Source: Chloroflexota bacterium (GTDB taxonomy: Bacteria; Chloroflexota; Dehalococcoidia; JACPPY01). From it: DNA of 58,993 nt. The DNA lies in NCBI GenBank assembly GCA_016190755.1, contig JACPPY010000076.1, positions 1-58,993 of the forward strand, written 5' to 3'. Below the pieces are notes generated by a model. It made no database searches. It was not told the DNA's origin and saw only the letters and a program-made list of their open reading frames with translations. Made by a program: the position numbers and the translations under genes. Below are positions 38,312 through 47,925 of the stretch, in pieces. Position 1 is the stretch's first letter; each line of letters opens with the position of its first letter.

Positions 38312-38341
38312 ATAATAACACTGACCATGGGACGTTTGCAA
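38312..38341 (-). promoter_or_regulatory. Sigma70-type promoter pointing into the candidate ncRNA
   Basis: TTGCAA-N18-TATTAT with an extended -10 TG on the minus strand. Confidence 0.5.
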
Positions 38342-38542
38342 CACTTTGCACTTGCAATAAACATGGTTTACTCACAATACTTACAGCAATGTGTTAAATC
38401 CTCTGTCCTCAACTTCGCGAGTACGCTTCCGACGCTACCCGCCGACCAGTTTTTTCGTCCTGTCCCGCCACTTCTGGTAGAATACTAGCGCGTTTTGACG
38501 AAGTGCCAGCGCCTGCGATATATGAAGGACTCTGATACTTTC

Positions 38543-41521
38543 ATGAACAGCAACGAATTACGTGAACTATTCTTACGTTTCTTCGTGAGCAAAGGCCATC
38601 TTGTGGTGCCATCATCCTCGCTCGTACCTCATGGCGACCCCACGCTGTTGCTCACCACCGCCGGTATGGTCCAAATGAAGCCGTACTTCATGGGCCTGGC
38701 CACACCATCGAGCCCTCGCATGACCTCATGCCAGAAGTGCTTCCGAACCACGGACATCGATTCCGTGGGCGATACCAAGCACCTGACCTTCTTCGAGATG
38801 CTGGGCAACTTTAGCGTCGGAGATTACTTCAAGAAAGAAGCCATCTCCTGGGCATGGGAGTTCGTCACAGGATGGCTGGAATTGCCGGAGAAACGGCTGT
38901 GGACCACGGTATTCCTGGATGACGATGAGGCGGCCAAACTATGGCAGGAAATGGGCGTTCCCGCGATCCGTATCGTGCGCCTGGGAGAGAAGGACAACTT
39001 CTGGGGCCCGGCTGGTGATTCCGGGCCATGCGGGCCGTGCTCCGAGATACACTACGACCTGGGTGAGGAAGTCGGTTGCTGCAAGAAGACCTGCAACCCG
39101 TCCTGCGACTGCGGGCGCTTCGTGGAGATATGGAACCTGGTATTCATGCAGTTCAACCAGGACAAGCAGGGCAAACGCATTCCGCTGCCCCGGCCCAATA
39201 TCGATACGGGCATGGGCCTGGAGCGCATCAGCGCTATCATGCAGGGCAAAACAACGGTATACGACACCGATGTGTTCGGCTCTCTCCTGAAAAAGGTCTC
39301 CGAGATCAGCGGTGTAACATACGAGGAAGCCCCGCAAGGTAGGGCCATGAGGATTGTCGCAGAGCACTCCAGAGGCATCGCCTTCCTCATAGCCGATGGA
39401 GTCCTTCCCGGCAACGAGGGAAGAGGTTACGTATTGCGCCGTCTGCTCCGGCGTGCGGCGCTGCTGGGCAAGAAGCTGGGCGTGGAAAAGCCGTTCCTGG
39501 CCGAGATGGCGGACACGGTCATTAAGACACTGGGCCATGCCTATCCGGAGCTGCAGCACAGCCGCGATTTCATTCTTCGCGTGGTGGAGATGGAGGAGGA
39601 GCGCTTCCAGGTTACTCTGGGCACCGGCCTTCAGGGCCTGAGCGAGGTAATACGCGTCAAGGACGACTTCCGGCAGCATTTGAGCAAGGTCTTGGGTGAG
39701 ATGGAAAAGGCAACTCGATCGCCGCGCACCTCCGAGCCGCATGTCTTCGCCGAACTGGCAGCCAAGCTGAAAACGCTCAACCCAGTTGAGCCGGAGGTCG
39801 GACCCGGTTTCGTTTCGGCGAAGGTAACCAAGCCGCTCCAGGAATGGCGTGACGGGCTGGCCAGGGAGCTTGAGGAGTTGTCCCGTGCCTCGCCAGTAAT
39901 GCCGTCCGAGGATGCAATGCGCCTGATAAAGAGCAAGGTCCGCTTCAGCGCCGGCACAAACGAAGACCCCGCTGGCGTGAATGTTGACACCACGAACATC
40001 ATGCTGCAACACGTGTCGGGCGAAGAGGCTTTCATACTTTACGATACGTACGGGTTCCCTATTGAGCTGACGAAGGAGATAGCCCATGAAAAGGGCTTTG
40101 GGGTAGATGAGGCGGGATTCGAAGACCAGATGGAGCAGCAGAGGCTGCGGGCTCGCGCCGCCGCCAAGTTCGGCGGCAATATATCTGAAGCCGACTACTC
40201 GACCATCTCGCTGCCTCCCACGATATTCGTCGGATACGAGACTCTGCTGGCGGAGGGTCAGGTTATAGGCCTCCACGTCGACGGCAAGCAGGCGGAATCG
40301 GCTCAGGCCGGCCAGAATATAGAGGTAATACTGGACCGGACTCCTTTCTATGCCGAAATGGGAGGCCAGGTCGGAGACCGTGGTAGGCTAAGGGGCGACA
40401 ACGGGGTCATCGTCGTCGCTAACACTGTCTGGGTGCGCCCTAACGTTGCAGGCCATCGAGGTCGCGTGGCGGAAGGCTCGATCAAGCTGGGAGATAAAGT
40501 CCTGGCCGAGGTGGAGCCGGAGCGCCGCATGGATATCGCTCGTAACCATACGTCCACACATCTGCTTCATGCCGGGTTGCGCCATGTGCTAGGCACCCAC
40601 GTTCAGCAGCGGGGTTCACTCGTGTCGCCGGAGCGGCTGCGCTTCGATTTTTCCCATCTGAAGCCTCTGGAGCAGGAGCAGCTGTACGAAATACAGGACT
40701 GGGTCAACGAGACCATCAGAAAAGATCTACCGGTCATTACTCGTGTGGCCAGCTACAAGGAGGCCGTCGGAGAGGGCGTGATCGCCCTCTTCGGTGAGAA
40801 GTACGGCGATAAGGTGAGGATCGTCCAAGTAGGAGAAGGCCCCAACAGGGTAAGCGCGGAGCTATGCGGCGGCACGCACGTGTCAGATACCGGTCAAATA
40901 GGCCAGCTCATGATCACTTCGGAGAGCAGCGTTGGCTCCGGACTGCGACGCATCGAGGCTGTCACAGGCAGAGGGGCCGAGGGTATTATGAGGTCTAACA
41001 TGTCTGTCGTGCAGGAGTTGACTTCAAAGTTGAAGGCTGCTTCGCCCGATGAAGTATCTCAAAAAGTGGCGGCCTTGCAGAATGAGCTGGAGCAAGAGAA
41101 GAAGCGCAGCGAACAGCTCGAGCGTGAGCTGGCCCGCCGGAACGCGGAGTCCATGTTTCAGCTTGCAAGGCAGGTAAACGGAATTACTGTCCTGGCGACA
41201 AAGGTCCAGGCGTCCAGCTCGGCCGCCATGCGTGACATGGGAGACATACTGCGGAGCAAGCTGGGCAGTGGAGTAATAGCCTTGGGCGCGGTCATTGACG
41301 ACAGGCCGCAATTCCTGGTGATGGTGACTCTCGACCTGACAGGCAAGGGACTGAATGCCGGCGAAATTGCCAGAAAGGTAGCCCATGTAACGGGCGGCGG
41401 TGGCGGCGGCAGGCCGGAGATAGCCCAGGCCGGAGGTAAGGACAAGGCGAAGCTCGAAGAGGCTATCGGCCTGGTCGCAACACTTGTTGAAAAGGCCAGA
41501 ACGAAGCGAGGACAGCAGTGA
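38543..41521 (+). CDS. alaS: Alanine--tRNA ligase with an internal insertion
   Basis: DPTLLLTTAGM, HLTFFEMLGNFS, DTGMGLER, LYDTYGFP, editing motifs HTSTH and ELCGGTH, and GGGGGRP..AQAGG. Confidence 0.97.
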   Translation: MNSNELRELFLRFFVSKGHLVVPSSSLVPHGDPTLLLTTAGMVQMKPYFMGLATPSSPRMTSCQKCFRTTDIDSVGDTKHLTFFEMLGNFSVGDYFKKEAISWAWEFVTGWLELPEKRLWTTVFLDDDEAAKLWQEMGVPAIRIVRLGEKDNFWGPAGDSGPCGPCSEIHYDLGEEVGCCKKTCNPSCDCGRFVEIWNLVFMQFNQDKQGKRIPLPRPNIDTGMGLERISAIMQGKTTVYDTDVFGSLLKKVSEISGVTYEEAPQGRAMRIVAEHSRGIAFLIADGVLPGNEGRGYVLRRLLRRAALLGKKLGVEKPFLAEMADTVIKTLGHAYPELQHSRDFILRVVEMEEERFQVTLGTGLQGLSEVIRVKDDFRQHLSKVLGEMEKATRSPRTSEPHVFAELAAKLKTLNPVEPEVGPGFVSAKVTKPLQEWRDGLARELEELSRASPVMPSEDAMRLIKSKVRFSAGTNEDPAGVNVDTTNIMLQHVSGEEAFILYDTYGFPIELTKEIAHEKGFGVDEAGFEDQMEQQRLRARAAAKFGGNISEADYSTISLPPTIFVGYETLLAEGQVIGLHVDGKQAESAQAGQNIEVILDRTPFYAEMGGQVGDRGRLRGDNGVIVVANTVWVRPNVAGHRGRVAEGSIKLGDKVLAEVEPERRMDIARNHTSTHLLHAGLRHVLGTHVQQRGSLVSPERLRFDFSHLKPLEQEQLYEIQDWVNETIRKDLPVITRVASYKEAVGEGVIALFGEKYGDKVRIVQVGEGPNRVSAELCGGTHVSDTGQIGQLMITSESSVGSGLRRIEAVTGRGAEGIMRSNMSVVQELTSKLKAASPDEVSQKVAALQNELEQEKKRSEQLERELARRNAESMFQLARQVNGITVLATKVQASSSAAMRDMGDILRSKLGSGVIALGAVIDDRPQFLVMVTLDLTGKGLNAGEIARKVAHVTGGGGGGRPEIAQAGGKDKAKLEEAIGLVATLVEKARTKRGQQ

Positions 41522-41946
41522 CCTCTGTTTGCCTTGGCCTCGACGTGGGACGGCGCCGCATAGGCGTAGCGCTGAGCGACCCAGAAGGGCTCCTGGCTGT
41601 GCCGCTCACGACAGTCCTACGGTCGGACACCGAGTCCGCGTTGCAGGAGATATCGGACTTGGTCGGCAGACACAACGTTGGCTGCATCGTCGTTGGACTG
41701 CCATCGCTATTGAGCGGAGAGGCAGGCGAGGAGGTACAAAAGGTCAACGAGTTCGTAGCCGCAATGCAGGAACGTATACAGTTGCCGGTGGAATACTGGG
41801 ACGAAAGATTGTCCACCGTTGCCGCCGAAAAGATGCTCCGGGAAAGGGGCGCAAAGAGGGAAACGCGGGACGCCCGGCGCGATTCACTGGCAGCTGCCCT
41901 TATATTGCAAGGATATTTGGATAGCAAGAAGGTGTCGCAGCCTTGA
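41518..41946 (+). CDS. ruvX: YqgF/RuvX nuclease
   Basis: LGLDVGRRRIGVALSD, VVGLP, WDERLST and DSLAAALILQ. Confidence 0.95.
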   Translation: MTSVCLGLDVGRRRIGVALSDPEGLLAVPLTTVLRSDTESALQEISDLVGRHNVGCIVVGLPSLLSGEAGEEVQKVNEFVAAMQERIQLPVEYWDERLSTVAAEKMLRERGAKRETRDARRDSLAAALILQGYLDSKKVSQP

Positions 41947-42803
41947 AGCAATACCTGGCGATCATTGGATACCCCCTCCGGCATTCGATATCGCCGGATT
42001 TCCAGCAGGCTGCGCTCGACTCCTACGGGCTGGATATGGAGTACCAGGCATGGGAGACCAATCCCTCTCAGTTGGCCGCCGCAATCGGAGAGCTACGGTA
42101 CCCGCGCAATCTGGGGGCCAACGTGACCATACCATTCAAGGAAGAGGTATTGCCCATGCTGGACCAGGTGGACGAGATGGCTGACGAAATCGGTGCAGTC
42201 AACACAATAGCCAAGTGCGACGGCATGCTGACCGGGTACAACACCGACGCCGCCGGCTTTTTGCGTGCCCTTAGCGAGGATAGGGAATTCGATGCCCGCG
42301 AAAAGGCAGCAGTCGTCCTAGGTGCGGGCGGCGTGGCCAGGGCCGTTTGCCATTCCCTGCTCAATGCCGGCATATCGCGGTTGACATTGGCGAATCGCTC
42401 GGTGACCAGGGCTGAAGAACTGGCCGAAGCGCTACAGGACATCATAGCCAGAAAAGCGCTCCAGGTGGAGATTGATGCAGTCGCACTTGATGTCTCGGCA
42501 AACAGTGCTCTCTCTGATTGCGACCTCATAGTGAACTGCACACCTTTGGGCATGAAGCATGGTGGGCAGGAGAAGAAATCTCCGCTGCAGGCCGACCAGA
42601 TACCTGCTCATGCCCTTGTATATGACGTAGTGTATAATCCGGAGGTCACTCCGTTGCTCAAAGAGGCTGCACGGGCAGGCGCCCGCACACTCAGCGGGCT
42701 GCCGATGCTGGTGTACCAAGGAGCAGCTGCTTTCGAACTGTGGACAGGAAAAGAGGCTCCCCTGGGGGTCATGTTCGAGGCCGCGAGGGCGGCATTGAGA
42801 TGA
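41943..42803 (+). CDS. aroE: Shikimate dehydrogenase
   Basis: HSISP, NVTIPFKE, GAVNT, YNTD, GAGG and MLVYQG. Confidence 0.96.
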   Translation: MKQYLAIIGYPLRHSISPDFQQAALDSYGLDMEYQAWETNPSQLAAAIGELRYPRNLGANVTIPFKEEVLPMLDQVDEMADEIGAVNTIAKCDGMLTGYNTDAAGFLRALSEDREFDAREKAAVVLGAGGVARAVCHSLLNAGISRLTLANRSVTRAEELAEALQDIIARKALQVEIDAVALDVSANSALSDCDLIVNCTPLGMKHGGQEKKSPLQADQIPAHALVYDVVYNPEVTPLLKEAARAGARTLSGLPMLVYQGAAAFELWTGKEAPLGVMFEAARAALR

Positions 42804-43105
42804 AAGACAACAAAGAGTTGCACGAATTGGGCCGTGGCAAAGGCGAGTTGGTCAAAGTGTGCACCGCCTCCGGGCAACTCGAAGCCAATGTCCTAAAATC
42901 ACGACTTGAGGCCGAAGGCATACCATCGCTGCTGCGCTATGACAGCGCCTCAAGCGTTTTCGGTATCTACTTCGACGGGTTGGGGAGGGTGGATATCATG
43001 GTACCGGTCGAGCTGGCTGAGGACGCGGCCCGGGTATTGAGCAGCAAGCCGGACCTCATCACAGATGCAGACACAGAGCCTGAAAACAACTCGGGCGAAC
43101 GCTGA
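42800..43105 (+). CDS. DUF2007-like small protein
   Basis: EANVLKSRLEAEGIP...IMVP...AEDA pattern; ATGA overlap with aroE. Confidence 0.75.
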   Translation: MKDNKELHELGRGKGELVKVCTASGQLEANVLKSRLEAEGIPSLLRYDSASSVFGIYFDGLGRVDIMVPVELAEDAARVLSSKPDLITDADTEPENNSGER

Positions 43106-43139
43106 GGAAGCTTGGCGAGGTAGATCAGGACACAAACCG

Positions 43140-44303
43140 ATGGTCTTTAATTTTCTGACCGCTGGAGAGTCTCACGGCAAGGGGCTGACATCCATCATTG
43201 AAGGTATGGTGGCCGGATTACCCCTGGCCGAAGCCGACATAGACCGTGACCTGGCCCGCAGGCAGGGCGGCTACGGGCGTGGCGGCCGCATGAAGATAGA
43301 GCACGACCATGCCGAAATACTATCAGGTGTCAGGCATGGCCAGACGATAGGCAGTCCGATATCGCTCTTTATTCGCAACCGGGACTGGGAAAACTGGCAG
43401 GAGGACATGAGCGTAGCGCCGGTGAACAGCCCTGTGACGCGTGTCACGAGGCTGCGGCCCGGACACGCCGACATGGCAGGCACACTCAAGTACGGGTTCA
43501 ACGACGTGCGGCCGGTGCTGGAGCGCGCCAGCGCCAGGGAAACTGCGGCACGCGTCGCCGCCGGCTCCGTGGCACGCAAGTTCCTCGACCAATTCGGGAT
43601 TGCCATTCATAGTCATGTTATCGCTATTGGAGGCAGGCACCTGCGCGAGGCCGGTTCTATTGATTGGGAGAAGGTTGAGGCTTCACCAGTCCGGTGCACC
43701 GACCCCGAGGCGGAGAAAGAGATGAAGGCCATCATTGATCGGGCCAGGGGCAACGGCGATACAGTGGGTGGCGTTTTTGAGGTCGTCGCCGATGGCGTGC
43801 CGCCCGGCCTTGGCTCACATGTTCACTGGGACCGAAAGCTCAGCACACGCCTCGTACAGGCTATCGGCAGCATTAACGCAGTAAAGGGCATTGAAACAGG
43901 TGCGGGGTTTGCCATGGCGGACCTTCGAGGCTCTCAGGCCCACGACATCATAGTATCTTCGCCCGACGGATTAGGATTGCGACATACCAGCAACCGTGCC
44001 GGTGGTGTTGAGGGGGGAATGAGCAACGGCGAACCCATCATCGTCCGGGCTGCAGTCAAGCCGATAGCGACACTGACCAAGCCGTTGCCCTCGGTCGACC
44101 TTGAGACAGGCAGACCCGCAGAAGCACATGTCGAACGGAGTGACATATGTGTGGTACCTGCAGCGGGCGTTGTTGGAGAGGCTATGGTCGCCATTGTTCT
44201 GGCAGATGCCGTGCTGGAGAAATTCGGAGGCGACAGCCTTCGCGAGGTGCTACAAAACTACCATGAGTATCTGAAGTCCATCGAGGCCCGATGGACCAAA
44301 TGA
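43140..44303 (+). CDS. aroC: Chorismate synthase
   Basis: TAGESHG, RPGHAD, ERASARETA, GGMSNG and ERSD. Confidence 0.97.
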   Translation: MVFNFLTAGESHGKGLTSIIEGMVAGLPLAEADIDRDLARRQGGYGRGGRMKIEHDHAEILSGVRHGQTIGSPISLFIRNRDWENWQEDMSVAPVNSPVTRVTRLRPGHADMAGTLKYGFNDVRPVLERASARETAARVAAGSVARKFLDQFGIAIHSHVIAIGGRHLREAGSIDWEKVEASPVRCTDPEAEKEMKAIIDRARGNGDTVGGVFEVVADGVPPGLGSHVHWDRKLSTRLVQAIGSINAVKGIETGAGFAMADLRGSQAHDIIVSSPDGLGLRHTSNRAGGVEGGMSNGEPIIVRAAVKPIATLTKPLPSVDLETGRPAEAHVERSDICVVPAAGVVGEAMVAIVLADAVLEKFGGDSLREVLQNYHEYLKSIEARWTK

Positions 44304-45961
44304 ACGACCGCAGCACGTGGAACAACATAACGCTCATAGGTTTCTCAGGCACCGGCAAGTCCGCCGTGGCGCCGAAGCTGGCGGCCGCCCTAGGCTGGGC
44401 CTGGATTGATATGGACAATGAGATATCAAAGCTGGCCGGCAAGAATATCCAGGACATTTTCGCACAGGATGGCGAACCACGTTTCCGGGCGCTGGAGCGG
44501 CAGGTACTTGAGTCAACTTGCAAGAAGTCCGCGACAGTTATTTCCGCCGGAGGCGGGGCCGCTGTGGACCAGCACAACCGCGACCTGATGCACCGTTGCG
44601 GTATGGTTGTCCTCCTGGAAGCCACACCAGAGACGATATATAAGCGTCTTCAGGGCGGCATGAACGACGCCGCATCCGTGCGTCCCCTGCTGGCCGGTCC
44701 CGACCCACTGAAGAAAATAAGAGACCTTAAGCACCAGCGCCAGCCGTCATATGCCGCGGCCGATTGGACGGTGCACACCGACAACCTCTCTCTTGAAGAG
44801 GTGACCCAGGAGATAGTCCACGGCTGGGACTACTGGAGGCGGTCGTACCGAGGAGGGGCTGTTGAGGCCAATGCCGTAGCAACAGTAACAACCTCTACGC
44901 GCAGCTATCCCATCATAGCAGGCTGGGGTACGCTGGAAATGCTGGGCGCCAACATGACAGCAGCAGGGCTTTCGGGCTCAGCCTTTGTCATTAGCGACGA
45001 GACTCTACGCTATATTTATGGCGATAGAATACTCAGGTTTCTGGAGCAGGCCGGCTTCAAGGCCCAGTCCATGTCTCTGCCGCCGGGCGAGACGTCCAAG
45101 ACTCTGGCCAGTGTCCAGCGGGTATATGATTTCCTAGTCAACCACAGAGCAGAAAGGTCGGATGTCATTGTGGCTTTCGGCGGCGGCGTTATAGGTGATA
45201 TCGCCGGGTTCGTGGCCGCCACGTTCTTGCGCGGTATAGCCTTTGTGCAAGTGCCGACAACCCTGGTGGCCATGGTTGATGCCAGCATCGGAGGCAAGAC
45301 AGGGGTAGACCATCCTCAAGGGAAAAACCTTATCGGCGCCTTCTATCAGCCATCGTTGGTGCTGGCCGACGTGCAATTGCTGACGACGCTGGAGCGCCGG
45401 GAACTGATGTCTGGCTGGGCGGAAGTAATCAAACACGGCCTGATACTGGACGCCGAACTCTTCGAGTACCTGGACTCACACGCCGACAGTCTCAAAGCAC
45501 TTGAAGAAGAGGCTGTCGTATACGCAGTTTCTCGTAGTGCACAGATAAAAGCCCAGGTGGTCTCGGAAGACGAACGGGAGACCACGGGCAGGCGGACGCT
45601 GCTCAACTACGGGCATACGATAGCCCATGGCATTGAGACCGCTACAGACTATAAGCAGTACGCTCATGGTGAAGCTGTATCTATCGGCATGGTGGGCGCG
45701 GCCATGCTGGCCGAACGCCGTGGATTGGTCAAGCCCAATGTCACGGCGAGGCACAAAGAGGTGCTGGAGAAGTTCGAGTTGCCGGTGTCCTCCCCGGACG
45801 TCAGCCAAACCGCTGTGCTCAAGGCCATGGAGACAGATAAAAAAGTGAAGCGCAAGGCCATCCGGTGGGTGCTTCTAAAACAGATCGGGAAAGCGGTAGT
45901 GCGCTCCGACGTATCCGAGGCTCATGTGCGAGAGATACTCACCGAGCTGGGAATGAAATGA
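44291..45961 (+). CDS. aroKB: Bifunctional shikimate kinase / 3-dehydroquinate synthase
   Basis: GFSGTGKS, GEPRFR and RPLL (AroK), followed by GGGVIGD, DASIGGKT and LNYGHT (AroB). Confidence 0.95.
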   Translation: MDQMNDRSTWNNITLIGFSGTGKSAVAPKLAAALGWAWIDMDNEISKLAGKNIQDIFAQDGEPRFRALERQVLESTCKKSATVISAGGGAAVDQHNRDLMHRCGMVVLLEATPETIYKRLQGGMNDAASVRPLLAGPDPLKKIRDLKHQRQPSYAAADWTVHTDNLSLEEVTQEIVHGWDYWRRSYRGGAVEANAVATVTTSTRSYPIIAGWGTLEMLGANMTAAGLSGSAFVISDETLRYIYGDRILRFLEQAGFKAQSMSLPPGETSKTLASVQRVYDFLVNHRAERSDVIVAFGGGVIGDIAGFVAATFLRGIAFVQVPTTLVAMVDASIGGKTGVDHPQGKNLIGAFYQPSLVLADVQLLTTLERRELMSGWAEVIKHGLILDAELFEYLDSHADSLKALEEEAVVYAVSRSAQIKAQVVSEDERETTGRRTLLNYGHTIAHGIETATDYKQYAHGEAVSIGMVGAAMLAERRGLVKPNVTARHKEVLEKFELPVSSPDVSQTAVLKAMETDKKVKRKAIRWVLLKQIGKAVVRSDVSEAHVREILTELGMK

Positions 45962-45974
45962 GGCAGTACGGGCA

Positions 45975-46634
45975 TCACTTCACCCAGGTGGTGAATTCGG
46001 ACACCGGAGCACGCTCACGATCGAACCTGTTCACGGGATCGGACATATCTGGATAGCCCAGCGATATCGCGAACACGGCCAGGTTCTCTTCCGGTATGGG
46101 CAGTAGTTCTTTCAGGACTTCCGGGTAGCCCACAGCCATTACGGTAGGACACGTGGCCAAGCCTTTCTCCGTTGCTAGCAGCATTATGCACATGCCTATC
46201 ATGCCTATGTCGGGCAGCGCATGAGGGTAAATTGCCCTGGGGACGTGTATAACGGCCACGACTGGAGCGCCAAAAAACCGCAGCATTTCTTGTGCCCACC
46301 ATATGCGTCCCTGTATGTCCTTCCTGTCGATGCCCTTGGCCTTCAATACTTTGCTACCCAGCGTTCTCGAGCGCTCTTTCAGCACTCGGGAGTATGAAGG
46401 TAAAGGAATCTCCGGATGGCCGATAATATCGATCTTCGAAGCCTCCACGAGAGCCTTACTCAGCCTCTTCTTTGCGTCCCCGGAAACGACGACGATGTTC
46501 CATGCCTGCGTATTGCTCTCCGAGGGCGCCCAACGAGCGATATCCAATATGTCCTTCAGGACGTCTTCGGGCACCGGATCGGACAGATACGCCCGCATAG
46601 AACGCCTCTCCAATATGGCACGCCTGAGTTCCAT
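45975..46634 (-). CDS. Nitroreductase family flavoprotein
   Basis: RRSMRAY, APSESNTQAW, FFGAP, GLATCP and LGYPD. Confidence 0.9.
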   Translation of the reverse strand: MELRRAILERRSMRAYLSDPVPEDVLKDILDIARWAPSESNTQAWNIVVVSGDAKKRLSKALVEASKIDIIGHPEIPLPSYSRVLKERSRTLGSKVLKAKGIDRKDIQGRIWWAQEMLRFFGAPVVAVIHVPRAIYPHALPDIGMIGMCIMLLATEKGLATCPTVMAVGYPEVLKELLPIPEENLAVFAISLGYPDMSDPVNRFDRERAPVSEFTTWVK

Positions 46635-46795
46635 TCTTGCTGACCTCGTTGGCACCAGGGCTAAGATACGGAGAAGTATACCATAGAAGCATACAGCAGC
46701 CGGAAGTTCTGCCTGTAGGAGCATGGTAAACTGGTATTAAGGTATGCAGCCGGAGATGGCCCGGCTGAATGCCTCTTAGTTCGGAACAAGATGTA

Positions 46796-47650
46796 ATGGC
46801 TGATTCCACCAGGCTCGCCTGCTCGACGGACGAGATGACTTCGCTTGAGCCCAACAAGATCAAGGAACTGCTGGACAAGGACTCAAGGAATGAGTTCCTG
46901 CTCCTCGACGTGCGACAGCCTGAAGAGTATGCTGCTGGCCATATAGCCGGGGCGGTGCTCATACCCTTGGGGGAGCTGGAGTCCCGGCATACAGAACTGA
47001 GCAGGGCCAAAAAGATAATTGTCTACTGCCGCACAGGGCGGCGCACCATGGCCGCGGGAATCGTCCTGTGCCGGCTCGGATTCGAAAACCTATATCACCT
47101 CAAGGGCGGCATTGAGAATTGGGCGTACAACACAGTCAAGGAAAAGCCGGGGCGCAAGCCAGGCCTAATCCCCGAGACTTCCTGGCCCAAGGACATACTC
47201 GTGCTGGCAATGAAGCTGGAGAAAGGCTCCGCGGAGTTCTACTTGCAAGCAGCGGATAAGGTGCAACCGCCGGAAACGAAGCAGTTGTTCCGTACCCTGG
47301 CGGCCTTCGAGGAAAGGCACATGCAGAAGGTGTATGAGAAGGCAGAGAGAACGCTTGGCCGGGGCTATTTGCCGCCGTGGGAACAGCTAAGACGTGACCT
47401 GAAGGTGGAATACATGGAGGGCGGTGTCGAGGTCAGCTCTCGGCTGGCGGAAATCAACGAAAACTTCAGGGATGAGATGGAGGCACTGGAGATGGCATTG
47501 GAGAAAGAATACCTTGCGTATGACTTCTACCAGCGTGCTTCAGTGCTCTTGCCGGACGCCGATGCCAGAATACTCTTGCACAGCCTGGCTCTGGAGGAAC
47601 GTGGCCACGCGGACACAGTGCTGAACCGCCTGTCGAATATAGTGCGTTAG
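46796..47650 (+). CDS. Rhodanese domain fused to a rubrerythrin/ferritin-like diiron domain
   Basis: LLDVRQPEEY..GHIAGA and YCRTGRR, then E..FY...EERH and E..FY...EERGH. Start is uncertain. Confidence 0.85.
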   Translation: MADSTRLACSTDEMTSLEPNKIKELLDKDSRNEFLLLDVRQPEEYAAGHIAGAVLIPLGELESRHTELSRAKKIIVYCRTGRRTMAAGIVLCRLGFENLYHLKGGIENWAYNTVKEKPGRKPGLIPETSWPKDILVLAMKLEKGSAEFYLQAADKVQPPETKQLFRTLAAFEERHMQKVYEKAERTLGRGYLPPWEQLRRDLKVEYMEGGVEVSSRLAEINENFRDEMEALEMALEKEYLAYDFYQRASVLLPDADARILLHSLALEERGHADTVLNRLSNIVR

Positions 47651-47850
47651 CTGAGCCCGAACAAACCGTACCCCCTGACGTAGCCCGTGCCCACAGCCAC
47701 TTCCGACCGATAGTCATGGTCCATATGACTTCCTCGGCTGAGATGTCATCGCTTACTGGCCTTGCCCAATTATGTCAGGCATTATTGTCAAATACATGCC
47801 GTTCCAAGTTTACGATAATATCCGCTGGGACAAAGAGACAACGGGCCTCC

Positions 47851-47879
47851 TTGCAACTTTCACCGGAAAATGGTAGGCT
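47851..47879 (+). promoter_or_regulatory. Sigma70-type promoter of hppA
   Basis: TTGCAA-N17-TAGGCT with an extended -10 TG. Confidence 0.55.
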
Positions 47880-47925
47880 ACCGCTTTGCCTGCGTCAGGC
47901 ATTTCGTATAAGGAAAGGAGGCAAC

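Noticed and set aside
38147-38540. T-box leader, tmRNA, SRP RNA or RNase P RNA upstream of alaS
   Set aside because: No T-box GGTGGNACC, no tRNA-like T-arm/CCA end despite the GGGGATG start, no SRP helix-8 motif and no GAGGAAAGTCC.
39653-40012. Intein in alaS
   Set aside because: No N-terminal Cys/Ser block, no His-Asn followed by Cys/Ser/Thr, and no endonuclease motifs.
38939-40276. Long antisense or alternate-frame ORFs (445 aa opposite alaS; also 9988-11067, 7368-8255, 24214-24966)
   Set aside because: They fully overlap well-supported genes, have no recognisable motifs and are expected shadows of GC-rich codon usage.
44291-45961. aroK-aroB fusion as a novel feature
   Set aside because: This is a known fusion in several bacterial lineages.
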